Source of the DNA: an uncultured Gemmatimonas sp.
GTDB lineage: Bacteria > Gemmatimonadota > Gemmatimonadetes > Gemmatimonadales > Gemmatimonadaceae
Direction: 5' to 3'
DNA: 64,000 nt
NCBI GenBank assembly: GCA_964636415.1
Contig: CAZWSJ010000008.1
Location: forward strand, 7,548 to 71,547
Shown here piece after piece: positions 8,269-17,415 of the stretch; position 1 is the first letter of the stretch; each line of letters starts with the position of its first letter. The translations under genes were made by a program, and so were the position numbers. Below the pieces are notes generated by a model. That model saw only the letters and a list, made by a program, of their open reading frames with translations, was not told where the DNA came from and did no database searches.

Positions 8269-9501
8269 TTGTTTGTGAGTTCGCCCTCACATATCTCCGC
8301 ACCCGATTCTCTCAATGCACAGCTCGATGATGAGCTGCGTGCGCTGGAAACGGCAGGCATTAAACGCACTCTGCACCTCGTGCAGCAGCGTCATGCTGGA
8401 ACGGTTATGGTGGATGGCGACAGGCTGGCCGATTTCACGTCGAATGACTATCTGGGTCTGGCCTGCGACCCGCGTGTGGCGCGCGCAGCGAGCGCAGTGC
8501 TTCAGGCAGAGGGAACTGGAGCTGTTGCCACTCGGGCCAGCTCTGGGAACCATCCGGTGCACGAAGCCCTGGAGCATGCTCTTGCGCGTGCACTGGGAGT
8601 GGACTTCACGCTCCTGTTTCCATCTGGCTATCAAGCCAACCTCGGCACCATGTCATCTCTCGTGGGGCCGGGTGACGTGGTCTTTCTGGACGAGCTTGAT
8701 CACGCATCGATAGTGGACGGGGCCCGGCTATCCGGAGCCGAGATACGAACGTTTCCGCACCTGGATGTTGCTGCACTGGATGCAATGCTTGCGTCGGAAC
8801 GGAATCGTTACCGGAGGGCGATTGTTGCGGTGGAGGGTGTCTTTGCATGGGACGCGGATCTTTTTCCGCTTGCTGATCTGGTTGAGATCACGCGACGCCA
8901 CAATGCCTGGTCTTACGTAAACGACTCGCATGGCGTGGGAGTGTTGGGCGCCCATGGCACCGGAACGCCGGAGCACTTCGGTGTGCGTGGTGAGATCGAC
9001 ATAGTTGTCGCCTCATTGAGCAAAGCCTATGGCACGATCGGAGGTTGTACAGGTGGTTCACAGGAGCTGGTTGAGCTGCTGGTGAACCGTGCGCGTTCGT
9101 TTATGCACAGCACAGCCACACCGCCGGCCATGGCAGCGGCGGCGCTTGAGGCCATTCGGATAGCGGACATTGAATCATGGCGGCGCGAAGCCATCAATGA
9201 GCGCAGTGAAAGACTGCGCAAGCGCCTCTCAGAGGCGGGACTCGAACTCCGCGGAAATCCGGTATCACCGGTGGTTCCGGTGATGATTCGTGATGCTGCA
9301 AGCACCACGTCCGTGGTGCTTGGTTTGCGTCAGCGTGGTTTTCTGGTGGGTGGCCTCAAGCCACCAACGGTGCCACCCGGAACCTGCAGGCTGCGCATCT
9401 CACTGTCGGCCATTCACCCGTTGGAACTGGTGGACGCATTGTCTGCGAGCGTTATAGATGCTGCGCGCGAAAGTGCTTCCACAAAAACTGCCTCGGGCTG
9501 A
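8269..9501 (+). CDS. Alpha-oxoamine synthase family PLP enzyme (BioF/Kbl-like) with atypical active-site residues
   Basis: SNDYLGLA, SGYQAN, HASIVDG, SLSKAYG (PLP Lys) and PPTVP..RLRIS. Confidence 0.85.
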   Translation: MFVSSPSHISAPDSLNAQLDDELRALETAGIKRTLHLVQQRHAGTVMVDGDRLADFTSNDYLGLACDPRVARAASAVLQAEGTGAVATRASSGNHPVHEALEHALARALGVDFTLLFPSGYQANLGTMSSLVGPGDVVFLDELDHASIVDGARLSGAEIRTFPHLDVAALDAMLASERNRYRRAIVAVEGVFAWDADLFPLADLVEITRRHNAWSYVNDSHGVGVLGAHGTGTPEHFGVRGEIDIVVASLSKAYGTIGGCTGGSQELVELLVNRARSFMHSTATPPAMAAAALEAIRIADIESWRREAINERSERLRKRLSEAGLELRGNPVSPVVPVMIRDAASTTSVVLGLRQRGFLVGGLKPPTVPPGTCRLRISLSAIHPLELVDALSASVIDAARESASTKTASG

Positions 9502-10109
9502 GCGCCGCTCACGCCGTACTTGTTGTCGAGAACCACGAAGGGCACACCCTGAATGCCGAGTCGGGCGGCGTCACGCTGGCTCTCTCTCACAGCAATGTCG
9601 TGACGTCCGTGATCAAGCACCTCTGCGATCTGCTCGTCATTGAGACCCGCGCTCTTTGCCAGCGGCGCCAGTACGATTGAGTCACCGAGATCGGCGCCGT
9701 TGGTGAAATGCGCAGCATAGAGCGCTTCCACAAAAGGCCATGGGTTCAGCCCGCGCTGCGCTGTTTCGAGCACCAGACCATGAGCGCGAGCGGTGTTGGA
9801 ATAGCGTGTCATACGATCAAAATTGAACACGCAGCCATCGGCTTCTCCCGCACTCGCAACGTGCTCGAACATGGGTTCGGCACGTGTGCGACCGCCAAAC
9901 TTGTTTTCAATTACTTCCCCCCAGTCGCGGCCCGCGGCAGGGATCGTGGGATCAAGCTGAAAGGGGCGCCATGAGAGATCGAAGCGCACGGAGGGATGAG
10001 CTTCCTGCACCCTGGTCACGGCGCGAAGCAGGCGTCTGTCGCCAATCCAGCACCAGGGACAGACAAGGTCGGCATAAAGCTCGACGGGCACCACAGTCGT
10101 AACAGCCAT
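9414..10109 (-). CDS. DsbA-family oxidoreductase (FrnE-like)
   Basis: DLVCPWC, WRPFQL, GIQGVP and VSGAQP; convergent overlap with the bioF-like gene. Confidence 0.9.
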   Translation of the reverse strand: MAVTTVVPVELYADLVCPWCWIGDRRLLRAVTRVQEAHPSVRFDLSWRPFQLDPTIPAAGRDWGEVIENKFGGRTRAEPMFEHVASAGEADGCVFNFDRMTRYSNTARAHGLVLETAQRGLNPWPFVEALYAAHFTNGADLGDSIVLAPLAKSAGLNDEQIAEVLDHGRHDIAVRESQRDAARLGIQGVPFVVLDNKYGVSGAQPEAVFVEALSRAASITLADNASTSSNG

Positions 10110-10178
10110 GCATCGGAGTGTACGTTTCAACATGCGGGAACTCCAGTCCCGCGGCAAAACACGGCCTCAAACACTGTC

Positions 10179-10823
10179 ATGTCTTCCATTCAGATCGCGG
10201 ACATCCGCACCGATTATCGTCAGCGCTCACTCGCCGAGGGTGACGTGGCGGACGATCCGATAGAGCAATTCATTGCCTGGTTCGAGCAGGCCCTGCACTC
10301 CGAGGTTCTGGAGCCCAACGCCATGTGTCTCGCCACTGCCACGCCGGATGCGCATCCCTCGGCGCGCATGGTGCTGCTCAAGGGTGTGGATGAGCGCGGT
10401 TTCGTTTTCTATACCGACTACAGAAGCCGAAAGGGACGGGAGCTTGGTGCGAACGCCCAAGCTGCACTCTGCTTTTTCTGGGGTGAGCTGGAGCGTCAGG
10501 TGAGGGTGGTGGGACGGGTTGAGCATACCAGCCGGGAGGAGTCGAACAGCTATTTCCAGTCACGTCCAGTGGGGAGTCGCATAGGAGCCTGGACTTCTCA
10601 GCAGAGCAGCGTCTTGAGTTCACGCGAGCCGCTGGAGCATGAACTTGCGCACAACCAGGAGCGTTTTTCGGATGGTGTGGTACCCCTGCCCGATCACTGG
10701 GGAGGATTCCGTGTGGTTCCCGCTGAGATTGAGTTCTGGCAGGGCCGTCCAAGCAGATTGCACGACAGGATTCAGTATGTTCTTGAGGGCAATATGTGGG
10801 TGAAGCACAGGCTCTCGCCCTGA
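10179..10823 (+). CDS. pdxH: Pyridoxamine 5'-phosphate oxidase
   Basis: RMVLLKG, SRKG, RQVR and EFWQGRPSRLHDR, ending in RLSP. Confidence 0.95.
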   Translation: MSSIQIADIRTDYRQRSLAEGDVADDPIEQFIAWFEQALHSEVLEPNAMCLATATPDAHPSARMVLLKGVDERGFVFYTDYRSRKGRELGANAQAALCFFWGELERQVRVVGRVEHTSREESNSYFQSRPVGSRIGAWTSQQSSVLSSREPLEHELAHNQERFSDGVVPLPDHWGGFRVVPAEIEFWQGRPSRLHDRIQYVLEGNMWVKHRLSP

Positions 10824-10848
10824 GCAGCGGCAGTGGTGATATGTGTTT

Positions 10849-12048
10849 TTATGGCCTGTAGATCGGAATCACAGCACTCATAAGGCGCTGACGGGAGGGA
10901 GTGGGAACGGAGTCGCCTGCGGCCTCAACGGTAACAAAGACCTGTGTGATGCCCGTTGGTGAGCTGGGCATGGAAATCCCGGATACAAGAGCACTGCCGT
11001 CGTCTTCCACAGACACTTCTGTGAGTGGTGTGGGCACGAAGTCACGCAGCAGCCACATCTGATATTTGAACCCATCGGGCAGTCTTGTGAGGCCCTGTGC
11101 GCTTACGATGGCCTTGCCTTCTTCGGTGTTCCAGAACATCTGCGCCACCGGTCCATTGGTACTGTCGCTGCGCAGCGTAACGAGCAGTACCGCTGCCCTC
11201 CCACTCAGCATTGTGGTCAGCAGCCGCTCTCGCTCCGTGAGCCGCGCCTCACTGCGTGAGAATGCCACCTTGCTGTCGCGCAGGGCGGCTTCCGCAGCGG
11301 CCGTTTCGCGTCGCTTGTTGGCAGCGTAATAGCCCAGGCCCGCAGTGGCCAGGAAGAGCAGGCCCGCGAGGACCCACCCGGCAACAAACATGGGTCGATT
11401 ACGACGATCAACCGTGTTTACCAGCAGCGGGGTGAGGCTGCGGGTGGTGGTGGCTGTAGTGGCGGTTCTCGCGGCGGTCGTTGCGGCTGTTGCGGTTGCG
11501 GCTGTTGCGGTTGTGGCGGCAGCGGTTGCTGTTGCGACCGTGGTTTGGGGAGCTGCGGGGGCTGTGGCTACTGCGGAGGCTGTGGGGGCTGTGGGGGCTG
11601 TGGGGGCTGTGGGGGCTGTGGAGCTCGGATCGCGTGCTGGTGTGGGCGCAACTACCGCAACTGCCGCAACCGGCTCAGCTTCAGCCGCACGCCTGTCACC
11701 CACACGTCGCTCAGCCATGCGGCGATCCCGGGCGCGACGATCACTGTCCAGCCTTCGATCCAGCACAGGCGCGTCCGTACCGGGCAGAGATGTCTGTTCC
11801 GACAACGGATTTCCGCGCACTGCACCCAGCACCCGTTCCAGCAGATCTCCGGGCGGAGCCAGCGGCTGAGCGCTTGCCAGTGCATTCAGGGTAGCCTGAC
11901 AGGCATCGAACTCTGTGCGAAGTGCCTCGATGCGGTCAGGCTGTCTGAGCGCAGTCTCAAAAGCCAGACGGTCTTCAGGCGAGAGTGCTCCAAGCACATA
12001 GGCAGGCATTGAAGCACGAAGAGCTTCGAGAGAGTCGTAAGTCGTCAT
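10849..12048 (-). CDS. RskA-like anti-sigma factor with an expanded low-complexity linker
   Basis: N-terminal AYVLGALSPE anti-sigma domain, one TM helix, C-terminal YQMWL..VTVE..PTP RskA domain; translationally coupled to the ECF gene. Confidence 0.85.
   Translation of the reverse strand: MTTYDSLEALRASMPAYVLGALSPEDRLAFETALRQPDRIEALRTEFDACQATLNALASAQPLAPPGDLLERVLGAVRGNPLSEQTSLPGTDAPVLDRRLDSDRRARDRRMAERRVGDRRAAEAEPVAAVAVVAPTPARDPSSTAPTAPTAPTAPTASAVATAPAAPQTTVATATAAATTATAATATAATTAARTATTATTTRSLTPLLVNTVDRRNRPMFVAGWVLAGLLFLATAGLGYYAANKRRETAAAEAALRDSKVAFSRSEARLTERERLLTTMLSGRAAVLLVTLRSDSTNGPVAQMFWNTEEGKAIVSAQGLTRLPDGFKYQMWLLRDFVPTPLTEVSVEDDGSALVSGISMPSSPTGITQVFVTVEAAGDSVPTPSRQRLMSAVIPIYRP
11441..11620. 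repeat. In-frame tandem repeats (GCTGTGGGG and GCGGTT/GCGGCTGTT units) encoding an APT/TAT linker
   Basis: Directly visible repeats inside the anti-sigma CDS. Confidence 0.85.
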
Positions 12049-12554
12049 CGTGACTCCCTCAGAACGCGCAGCGCACGCATGCCAGTTTCCACGTGCCGTC
12101 GTACCGTATCAACACCCAGTCCCAGATGTGCTGCCACATCCTGCTGACTCCATCCACCGAAGTACACCAGCGAGAGCACCTGCTGGGTCTCTTCCGGCAA
12201 TGCCACCACCAGAGGTGAGTGGCCGCGCGAAAGAATGTCATCCGCACCGGGTGGATTGCTCCTCACCAATTCAAGAGAACGAACACGGACCATGGTGGTA
12301 AGCCAGCCTGCCACGCTGCCGCGCAAAGCACGATAGCGTGCCGCGCTGTTCCATGCCTGCACCAGCGACGCCACGGTGGCTTCGGCGGCCGTATCGGTGT
12401 TACCCGTGATACGCAGTGCCAGGCCATACATGACTGCGGCGTGGCGGTCGTAGAGACAGTACAAACCGCGCTCGTCTCCCTGCGCCATGGCCTTTACGCA
12501 GTCTTCGTCACTCCCGGGTGTCGGTATCAATGGGGCAGAGTCCATGGTCATCAC
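12045..12554 (-). CDS. ECF sigma factor (SigK-like), divergent
   Basis: LYDRH..YGLALRI, RGSVAGWL and region 4 LPEE...YFGGWSQQDVA; upstream of the RskA-like gene. Confidence 0.8.
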   Translation of the reverse strand: MMTMDSAPLIPTPGSDEDCVKAMAQGDERGLYCLYDRHAAVMYGLALRITGNTDTAAEATVASLVQAWNSAARYRALRGSVAGWLTTMVRVRSLELVRSNPPGADDILSRGHSPLVVALPEETQQVLSLVYFGGWSQQDVAAHLGLGVDTVRRHVETGMRALRVLRESR

Positions 12555-12563
12555 ATCACTATT

Positions 12564-13559
12564 CTAGCGCTGATGTCGCGCGTCGGGGATATCCTGGCGG
12601 AGCTTCACATAACTTTCATAGCGACCCCTTGGGATGAGCCCCTCTGCCAATGCCTCACGTACGGCACAGCCAGGTTCCACGAGATGGGTACAGTCGTTGA
12701 AGCGACACTTGCCGAGCATGGGTCGAAGCTCAGGAAAGCAGTCGGCCAGAGCTGATTCCTCAATGCCCCACAGGCCCACCTCACGCAGGCCCGGAGTATC
12801 GGCCACAAAGCCTCCGGCAGGAAGCGGAAGAGGATGCAGGAAAGCGCCAACGGTGGTGTGTCGGCCCTTGTTGACGCTGGCACTTACCGCGCCCGTACGA
12901 AGCCCCAGGCCCGGATAGAGTGCATTCATGAGCGAAGACTTTCCCACACCAGATGGACCTGCAAGCACGGAGCTCCGTCCGTCAACAAAGCCGTGGAGTT
13001 CCTGCACTCCGTGTCCGCTACGCGCACTTACGTAATGAATCGGATAGCCCACGCAAGCCTGTTCGGCGAACAGGCCCTCGGCAACGCCGGGCTCCACGAG
13101 ATCTGTCTTGTTGACGACAATACGAACGGCGAGCTCATTCGCTTCGGCAATAACCAGAAAACGATCCAGCATGCGCGGATGCGGCTCCGGCTGCGCAGCA
13201 GCAAACACAACGAGCACCTGGTCGGGATTGGCGACCACCACCCGCTGCCCGTGGCCTCCACCCGGTACCCGCCTTGCAAGCTCACTGCGTCGCGGATGAA
13301 TATCGCTTATCACCCAGGCATCATTCTGCGAGTTGTCACGCCGCAGTGACACAACATCGCCAACGGCAAGTTTGAGTGAACCGTGTGCCTCATGCTTGAG
13401 GCGTCCGCGCATTGAGGCCTGTACACGCTGTCTGTCTGCCGTGAATACTTCCCATAAACCGCCCGTACCCTGCAACACCACCCCGCTAAAAGCACCGGAA
13501 GTCCCGGGTGCCGGGTCGCGCATGTCGGCCTCAGCATCATTTTCGCGGGACAGACTCAC
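12564..13559 (-). CDS. rsgA: Ribosome small subunit-dependent GTPase A
   Basis: NKTD, GPSGVGKSS, GRHTT, DTPG and the CRFNDCTHLVEPGC Zn finger. Confidence 0.95.
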   Translation of the reverse strand: MSLSRENDAEADMRDPAPGTSGAFSGVVLQGTGGLWEVFTADRQRVQASMRGRLKHEAHGSLKLAVGDVVSLRRDNSQNDAWVISDIHPRRSELARRVPGGGHGQRVVVANPDQVLVVFAAAQPEPHPRMLDRFLVIAEANELAVRIVVNKTDLVEPGVAEGLFAEQACVGYPIHYVSARSGHGVQELHGFVDGRSSVLAGPSGVGKSSLMNALYPGLGLRTGAVSASVNKGRHTTVGAFLHPLPLPAGGFVADTPGLREVGLWGIEESALADCFPELRPMLGKCRFNDCTHLVEPGCAVREALAEGLIPRGRYESYVKLRQDIPDARHQR

Positions 13560-13909
13560 GTATTGCGCCCGCGGATGAGTGAGTCGAGTGTGGCCTTTAC
13601 AGAAGCCAGGGGCATAAGTCCGAGCTGATGACGGACAACCGCTTCACTCGATCCCTTCGCTATGAAAACAGTTTCAAGGTGACCCAGAATCTGAGGCTCA
13701 CCCTGGCCCCAGCGCAGGTAGATAAGGTAGGCGCCCCAGGGAGTGGCGGGCTCACCGGTGGTATCGGTGAGTATGTCAACCGAATAACTGAAGCCGTCTG
13801 CCCCCTCAAACGCTGCGGGGCGTTTGTGTACGGCCATGTATCCGGCGATTGTGCGTTCATCGCCGGCCTCATAATCCGGGATCCTGTGCTCGCCCGGTTT
13901 TGTTTTCAC
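13556..13909 (-). CDS. Hypothetical protein
   Basis: 117-aa ORF tightly packed between proline dehydrogenase and rsgA; HKRPAAFEGADG..YSV block. Confidence 0.7.
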   Translation of the reverse strand: MKTKPGEHRIPDYEAGDERTIAGYMAVHKRPAAFEGADGFSYSVDILTDTTGEPATPWGAYLIYLRWGQGEPQILGHLETVFIAKGSSEAVVRHQLGLMPLASVKATLDSLIRGRNT

Positions 13910-13916
13910 ACGGCAC

Positions 13917-14846
13917 TCAGCGTCGGAAGGTTTCTTTCATGATGTTGCCAGCCATGAAGGCAATGTTGGCCGGGCGCTCCGCCAGACGACGCATGAGATA
14001 GGGGTACCACTGGCTCCCGAATGGCACATACACCCGCATGCGGTAGCCCTCTTTCACTATCTGTTCCTGCAGGTCACGTCTTACACCGTAGAGCATCTGG
14101 AACTCGAAACGTTCAGTCCCGATGTTGCGCTCCTTCGCAAAACGCTTGGCTTCGGCAATGATCTTCTCGTCGTGTGTGGCAAGTCCGGGATAACGCCCGT
14201 GCTCCATGAGACGATGCATGGCTTCGATGTAGTTCCGGTCCACGTCTGCCTTATCGGGAAAAGCCAGGTCTGCGGGCTCAAGGTACGCACCCTTGCAGAT
14301 GCGCACCCTGCACTGCAGCTCGTTGGCCCGATCCACGTCCTTGAGAGTGCGACGAAGCGCGCTCTGAAGCACTATGCCCACCGTATCCGGAAAATCTCCG
14401 TAGAGTTTCTTTTCGAATGTGTCCAGCGTGCGATCGGTGTAGGCACTGGATTCCATGTCCAGCCGAACGAAACTGTCGTACTGTTTTGCACGGGCGAGAA
14501 TCTCCCGTACCACCTCCACGCCAAGATCGTCGGATATGTCCTGACCCAGAGCCGTGAGCTTGACTGAAACTGTTGCATTGAGTTTCCGCTCGTGTATGCG
14601 ATCGAGCAGATCCAGGTATTGCTGTCCCGTGGCGCGTGCCTCGCTTTCGTTGGTCACGCTTTCGCCGAGCAGGTCCAGCGAAGCCGATATTCCCTTTGCG
14701 TTGAGCTCGCTTATCGCCTCGATTGCAGTATCGAGCGTCTCACCTGCCACAAAACGGGATGCCATGCGACGGGCAAACCCGACATTTCTGATGAGGTTGA
14801 AAATGCGCTGTTGGCGCGACAGGTAGAGCAATCCAGAACGAAGCAT
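13917..14846 (-). CDS. Monofunctional proline dehydrogenase
   Basis: RFVAGE, DLLGE, RLDME, RICKGAY, ATHD, QMLYG and YLMRRLAERP. Confidence 0.95.
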   Translation of the reverse strand: MLRSGLLYLSRQQRIFNLIRNVGFARRMASRFVAGETLDTAIEAISELNAKGISASLDLLGESVTNESEARATGQQYLDLLDRIHERKLNATVSVKLTALGQDISDDLGVEVVREILARAKQYDSFVRLDMESSAYTDRTLDTFEKKLYGDFPDTVGIVLQSALRRTLKDVDRANELQCRVRICKGAYLEPADLAFPDKADVDRNYIEAMHRLMEHGRYPGLATHDEKIIAEAKRFAKERNIGTERFEFQMLYGVRRDLQEQIVKEGYRMRVYVPFGSQWYPYLMRRLAERPANIAFMAGNIMKETFRR

Positions 14847-14920
14847 GGATGGATTCAGAATGGGGAAGAGCAGCAGAATGTCCTTTTAAGATACTATTTC
14901 GCTGAGGCAAACGCCGGTAC

Positions 14921-14990
14921 CGCCCTTTATTGACCTTTATTGACCTGTATTGACCTGCATTAACCCGCATTGGCCCGCATCGACCTGCAT
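14921..14990. repeat. Seven degenerate tandem 10-bp units (consensus near TGACCTGCAT)
   Basis: cgccctttat/tgacctttat/tgacctgtat/tgacctgcat/taacccgcat/tggcccgcat/cgacctgcat. Confidence 0.9.
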
Positions 14991-15032
14991 TCGGGACTGG
15001 CCAATAATGATTCCGGAAGACAATGTGGGCTC

Positions 15033-16694
15033 ATGGAATCATCAGCTTCGTGGCGCAGCTCCGCCCTGGAAAGCCTCTCCCGGACCACCTTCGACATTCT
15101 GGTGATCGGGGGCGGGATCACGGGTGCCGGAATCGCACGTGAAGGTGCGTTAGCGGGCTATAGCGTGGCGGTCATCGAAAGGGACGACTTCGCAGCCGGT
15201 ACTTCATCCAGGTCTTCCCGCCTGGTGCATGGCGGCGTGCGCTACCTGGAGCACGGACATCTGCATCTGGTGTTTGAGTCAAGTCGAGAGCGCCGACTGC
15301 TGCTGCAACTGGCCCCGCATCTCGTGCGCCCACTGGCCTTCACATGGCCGGTGTACCGGGGTGCCCGGATTCCGCGCTGGAAGCTGCGGGCGGGTTTGCT
15401 GGCATACGATGCCTTGGCCCTTTTCCGCAATGTCCATCGCCACGAAGGCCTGAACACGGCCGGTGTTCTCGGACATGAGCCGGCGCTGGCCAAGGATGGT
15501 CTCCGTGGAGGAGCACGCTACTGGGACGCTGCCACCAATGATTCGCGTCTGACACTCGCCAACATCATGGCTGCAGCCGACGCCGGAGCCGTTGTTCTCA
15601 ACCATGCCTCGGTCACGGGCGGACTTCATTCCGGCAAGGAATTGAGCGGTGTACTGGTGAGGGACGCACTCAGCGGGCAGGAGCTCACGGTGCAGGCCCG
15701 GTGCATCATCAATGCCACCGGCCCCTGGAGCGAGGCCACGGCTACACTCACCGGCCCGGGCAGTGACAACCACATACTCGGCTCGGCGGGCACGCACGTG
15801 AGCGTACCCAGACAGCGCGTGGGCAACAGGGATGCCATCACGGTCATCTCACCTCTTGATGGTCGCGTGATGTTCGTACTGCCAAGCGGACAAAACGCCA
15901 TCATCGGAACCACCGAACAGCCAGCGCGTCGTGGCCCCGATCAGATCCGCGCTACAATTACCGACGTCACCTACCTGCTGCAGTCGGTCAACCGGATCTT
16001 TCCCTTTGCCAGGCTCACACCCGACGATGTCATCAGCGCCTGGTGTGGCATAAGGCCCCTTGCGGTGGTGCGAGCCGGTGAGAGCAACGCAGGTTCAGCC
16101 TCACGTGAGCACGCCATAACCCGGCGTGAAGACGGACTGTGGAGCATTACCGGCGGCAAGCTTACCACCTACCGCGTAATGGCCATGGACATGCTCAAGC
16201 ATGCACGCGTGACTCTGGGCCCCATGCACACCCCCGCGGTGGCAGTGCAGTCCAGTGAGGCAACGCTCCTGCCGGGCGGAGACATCATATCACGTGAAGC
16301 CGTAATTGCCGAAGCTGCTGCCACTGTACGTGATACTGCCGTAGGAGACAGGCTTGGTGGCACCTACGGCAGTCACTGGCGGAATGTATGGAGCTATGCA
16401 CAACGAGACCCGGCCATGGCAGAACGCATCATGGAGGGCTTGCCCTACCTCATGGCGGAAGTTGCCCACGCCGTGGAGCGCGAGTGGGCCTGCACCATGG
16501 CAGACATACTCGTGCGCCGCACGCAGATTGCCTATGAAACGCGGGACCACGGAGTGGCATCAGCCAGGCACATTGCCAGCCTCATGCAGACCTTGCTCGG
16601 CTGGAGCGACTCCGAGCGTGAGAACCAACTGGCCACCTATGAAAAAGAAGCGGCCAGGCTCTTCTCGATAGACGAAGGCCGGGATCCTGAGTGA
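15033..16694 (+). CDS. glpD: FAD-dependent glycerol-3-phosphate dehydrogenase
   Basis: IGGGITG, GTSSRSSRLVHGGVRYL, NATGPW, IIGTT and GGKLTTYR. Confidence 0.92.
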   Translation: MESSASWRSSALESLSRTTFDILVIGGGITGAGIAREGALAGYSVAVIERDDFAAGTSSRSSRLVHGGVRYLEHGHLHLVFESSRERRLLLQLAPHLVRPLAFTWPVYRGARIPRWKLRAGLLAYDALALFRNVHRHEGLNTAGVLGHEPALAKDGLRGGARYWDAATNDSRLTLANIMAAADAGAVVLNHASVTGGLHSGKELSGVLVRDALSGQELTVQARCIINATGPWSEATATLTGPGSDNHILGSAGTHVSVPRQRVGNRDAITVISPLDGRVMFVLPSGQNAIIGTTEQPARRGPDQIRATITDVTYLLQSVNRIFPFARLTPDDVISAWCGIRPLAVVRAGESNAGSASREHAITRREDGLWSITGGKLTTYRVMAMDMLKHARVTLGPMHTPAVAVQSSEATLLPGGDIISREAVIAEAAATVRDTAVGDRLGGTYGSHWRNVWSYAQRDPAMAERIMEGLPYLMAEVAHAVEREWACTMADILVRRTQIAYETRDHGVASARHIASLMQTLLGWSDSERENQLATYEKEAARLFSIDEGRDPE

Positions 16695-16711
16695 AGCTCT
16701 GGATCCCGGCC
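16677..16711. terminator. GC-rich hairpin between convergent glpD and greA
   Basis: GGCCGGGATCC...GGATCCCGGCC inverted repeat; no clear U-tract. Confidence 0.5.
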
Positions 16712-16739
16712 CGGGCGACTCCGGATGTCAGGACAGGCT

Positions 16740-17225
16740 TCACATCAGTTCCTCCGCACGGCGGTCATGGATGGTAAAGAGTTCCACAACCTGGAGCCGG
16801 CGAACGCGATTTGGCAACTTGAGAATGGTTTGCTCTCCAACGCCCTTGCCTTGCAAGGCGCGACCAATTGGTGAACCCATGGTGACATGACCATCTTCGA
16901 GTTCACCGGCATCACCGAAGACCAGCTCAAACGTTTCGCGTTTGTGAGTCTGTATGTCTTCGACAACCACCTTGGACCCCAGGCCCACCTTGTCGGCGGG
17001 GATCTGCTGGACGTCGATGTTTGCCAGCCTGGTTACGCGTTGTGAGAGTTGTCCAAGGCGCGCCTGCACGAACTGCTGCCGTTCGAGGGCGGCCTTGTAC
17101 TCACTGTTCTCCTTCAAGTCGCCAAGCTCCACTGCTTTCTGTATTTCTTTGGGAAGCGTGACGTTGAGCTCATAAGTGAGCTTCTCCACTTCACGCGCCA
17201 TCTGAGCGATGAGATCTTCGAACAT
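16740..17225 (-). CDS. greA: Transcription elongation factor GreA
   Basis: GDLKENSEY and SPIGRAL motifs. Confidence 0.9.
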   Translation of the reverse strand: MFEDLIAQMAREVEKLTYELNVTLPKEIQKAVELGDLKENSEYKAALERQQFVQARLGQLSQRVTRLANIDVQQIPADKVGLGSKVVVEDIQTHKRETFELVFGDAGELEDGHVTMGSPIGRALQGKGVGEQTILKLPNRVRRLQVVELFTIHDRRAEELM

Positions 17226-17258
17226 GCGCTTTCAGCTCGCTGGTGGGGGAAAAGGCGA

Positions 17259-17386
17259 GCGCCCGGCCGTTCCCGGCCGGGCGCGTATCGTACTGGTCAA
17301 TATGCCACTTCCTGCCGCAAGTTCAAGTCGGCAGGGTACGCGCCACTACCGGGCCATCCCTGACACCGACCACGCGAAAAAGTTCC
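17259..17386 (-). promoter_or_regulatory. greA upstream region: ECF/sigmaE-like promoter, sigma70-like promoter and 11-bp leader hairpin
   Basis: GGAACTT-N16-TCA (17386-17361); TTGAAC-N16-CATATT (17326-17299); hairpin GCGCCCGGCCG/CGGCCGGGCGC at 17259-17284. Confidence 0.5.
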
Positions 17387-17415
17387 GTCTCGATTTCAGC
17401 AGAAACTCTATGGCC

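Noticed and set aside
9414-9501. Convergent 3' overlaps (9414-9501, 22954-22968, 34692-34739, 53526-53548) as an antisense regulatory system
   Set aside because: Short tail overlaps are common in compact GC-rich genomes, and nothing more specific was seen.
11545-12012. Track ORF starting MGSCGGCGYCGGCGGCGG, resembling a metallothionein or RiPP precursor
   Set aside because: It is the antisense reading of the 9-bp APT repeat inside the anti-sigma gene, with no SD or modifying enzymes nearby.
14921-14990. Tandem repeats here and at 31505, 32224 and 58384 as CRISPR arrays or iterons
   Set aside because: Units are 9-15 bp with no spacers, and there are no cas or rep genes.
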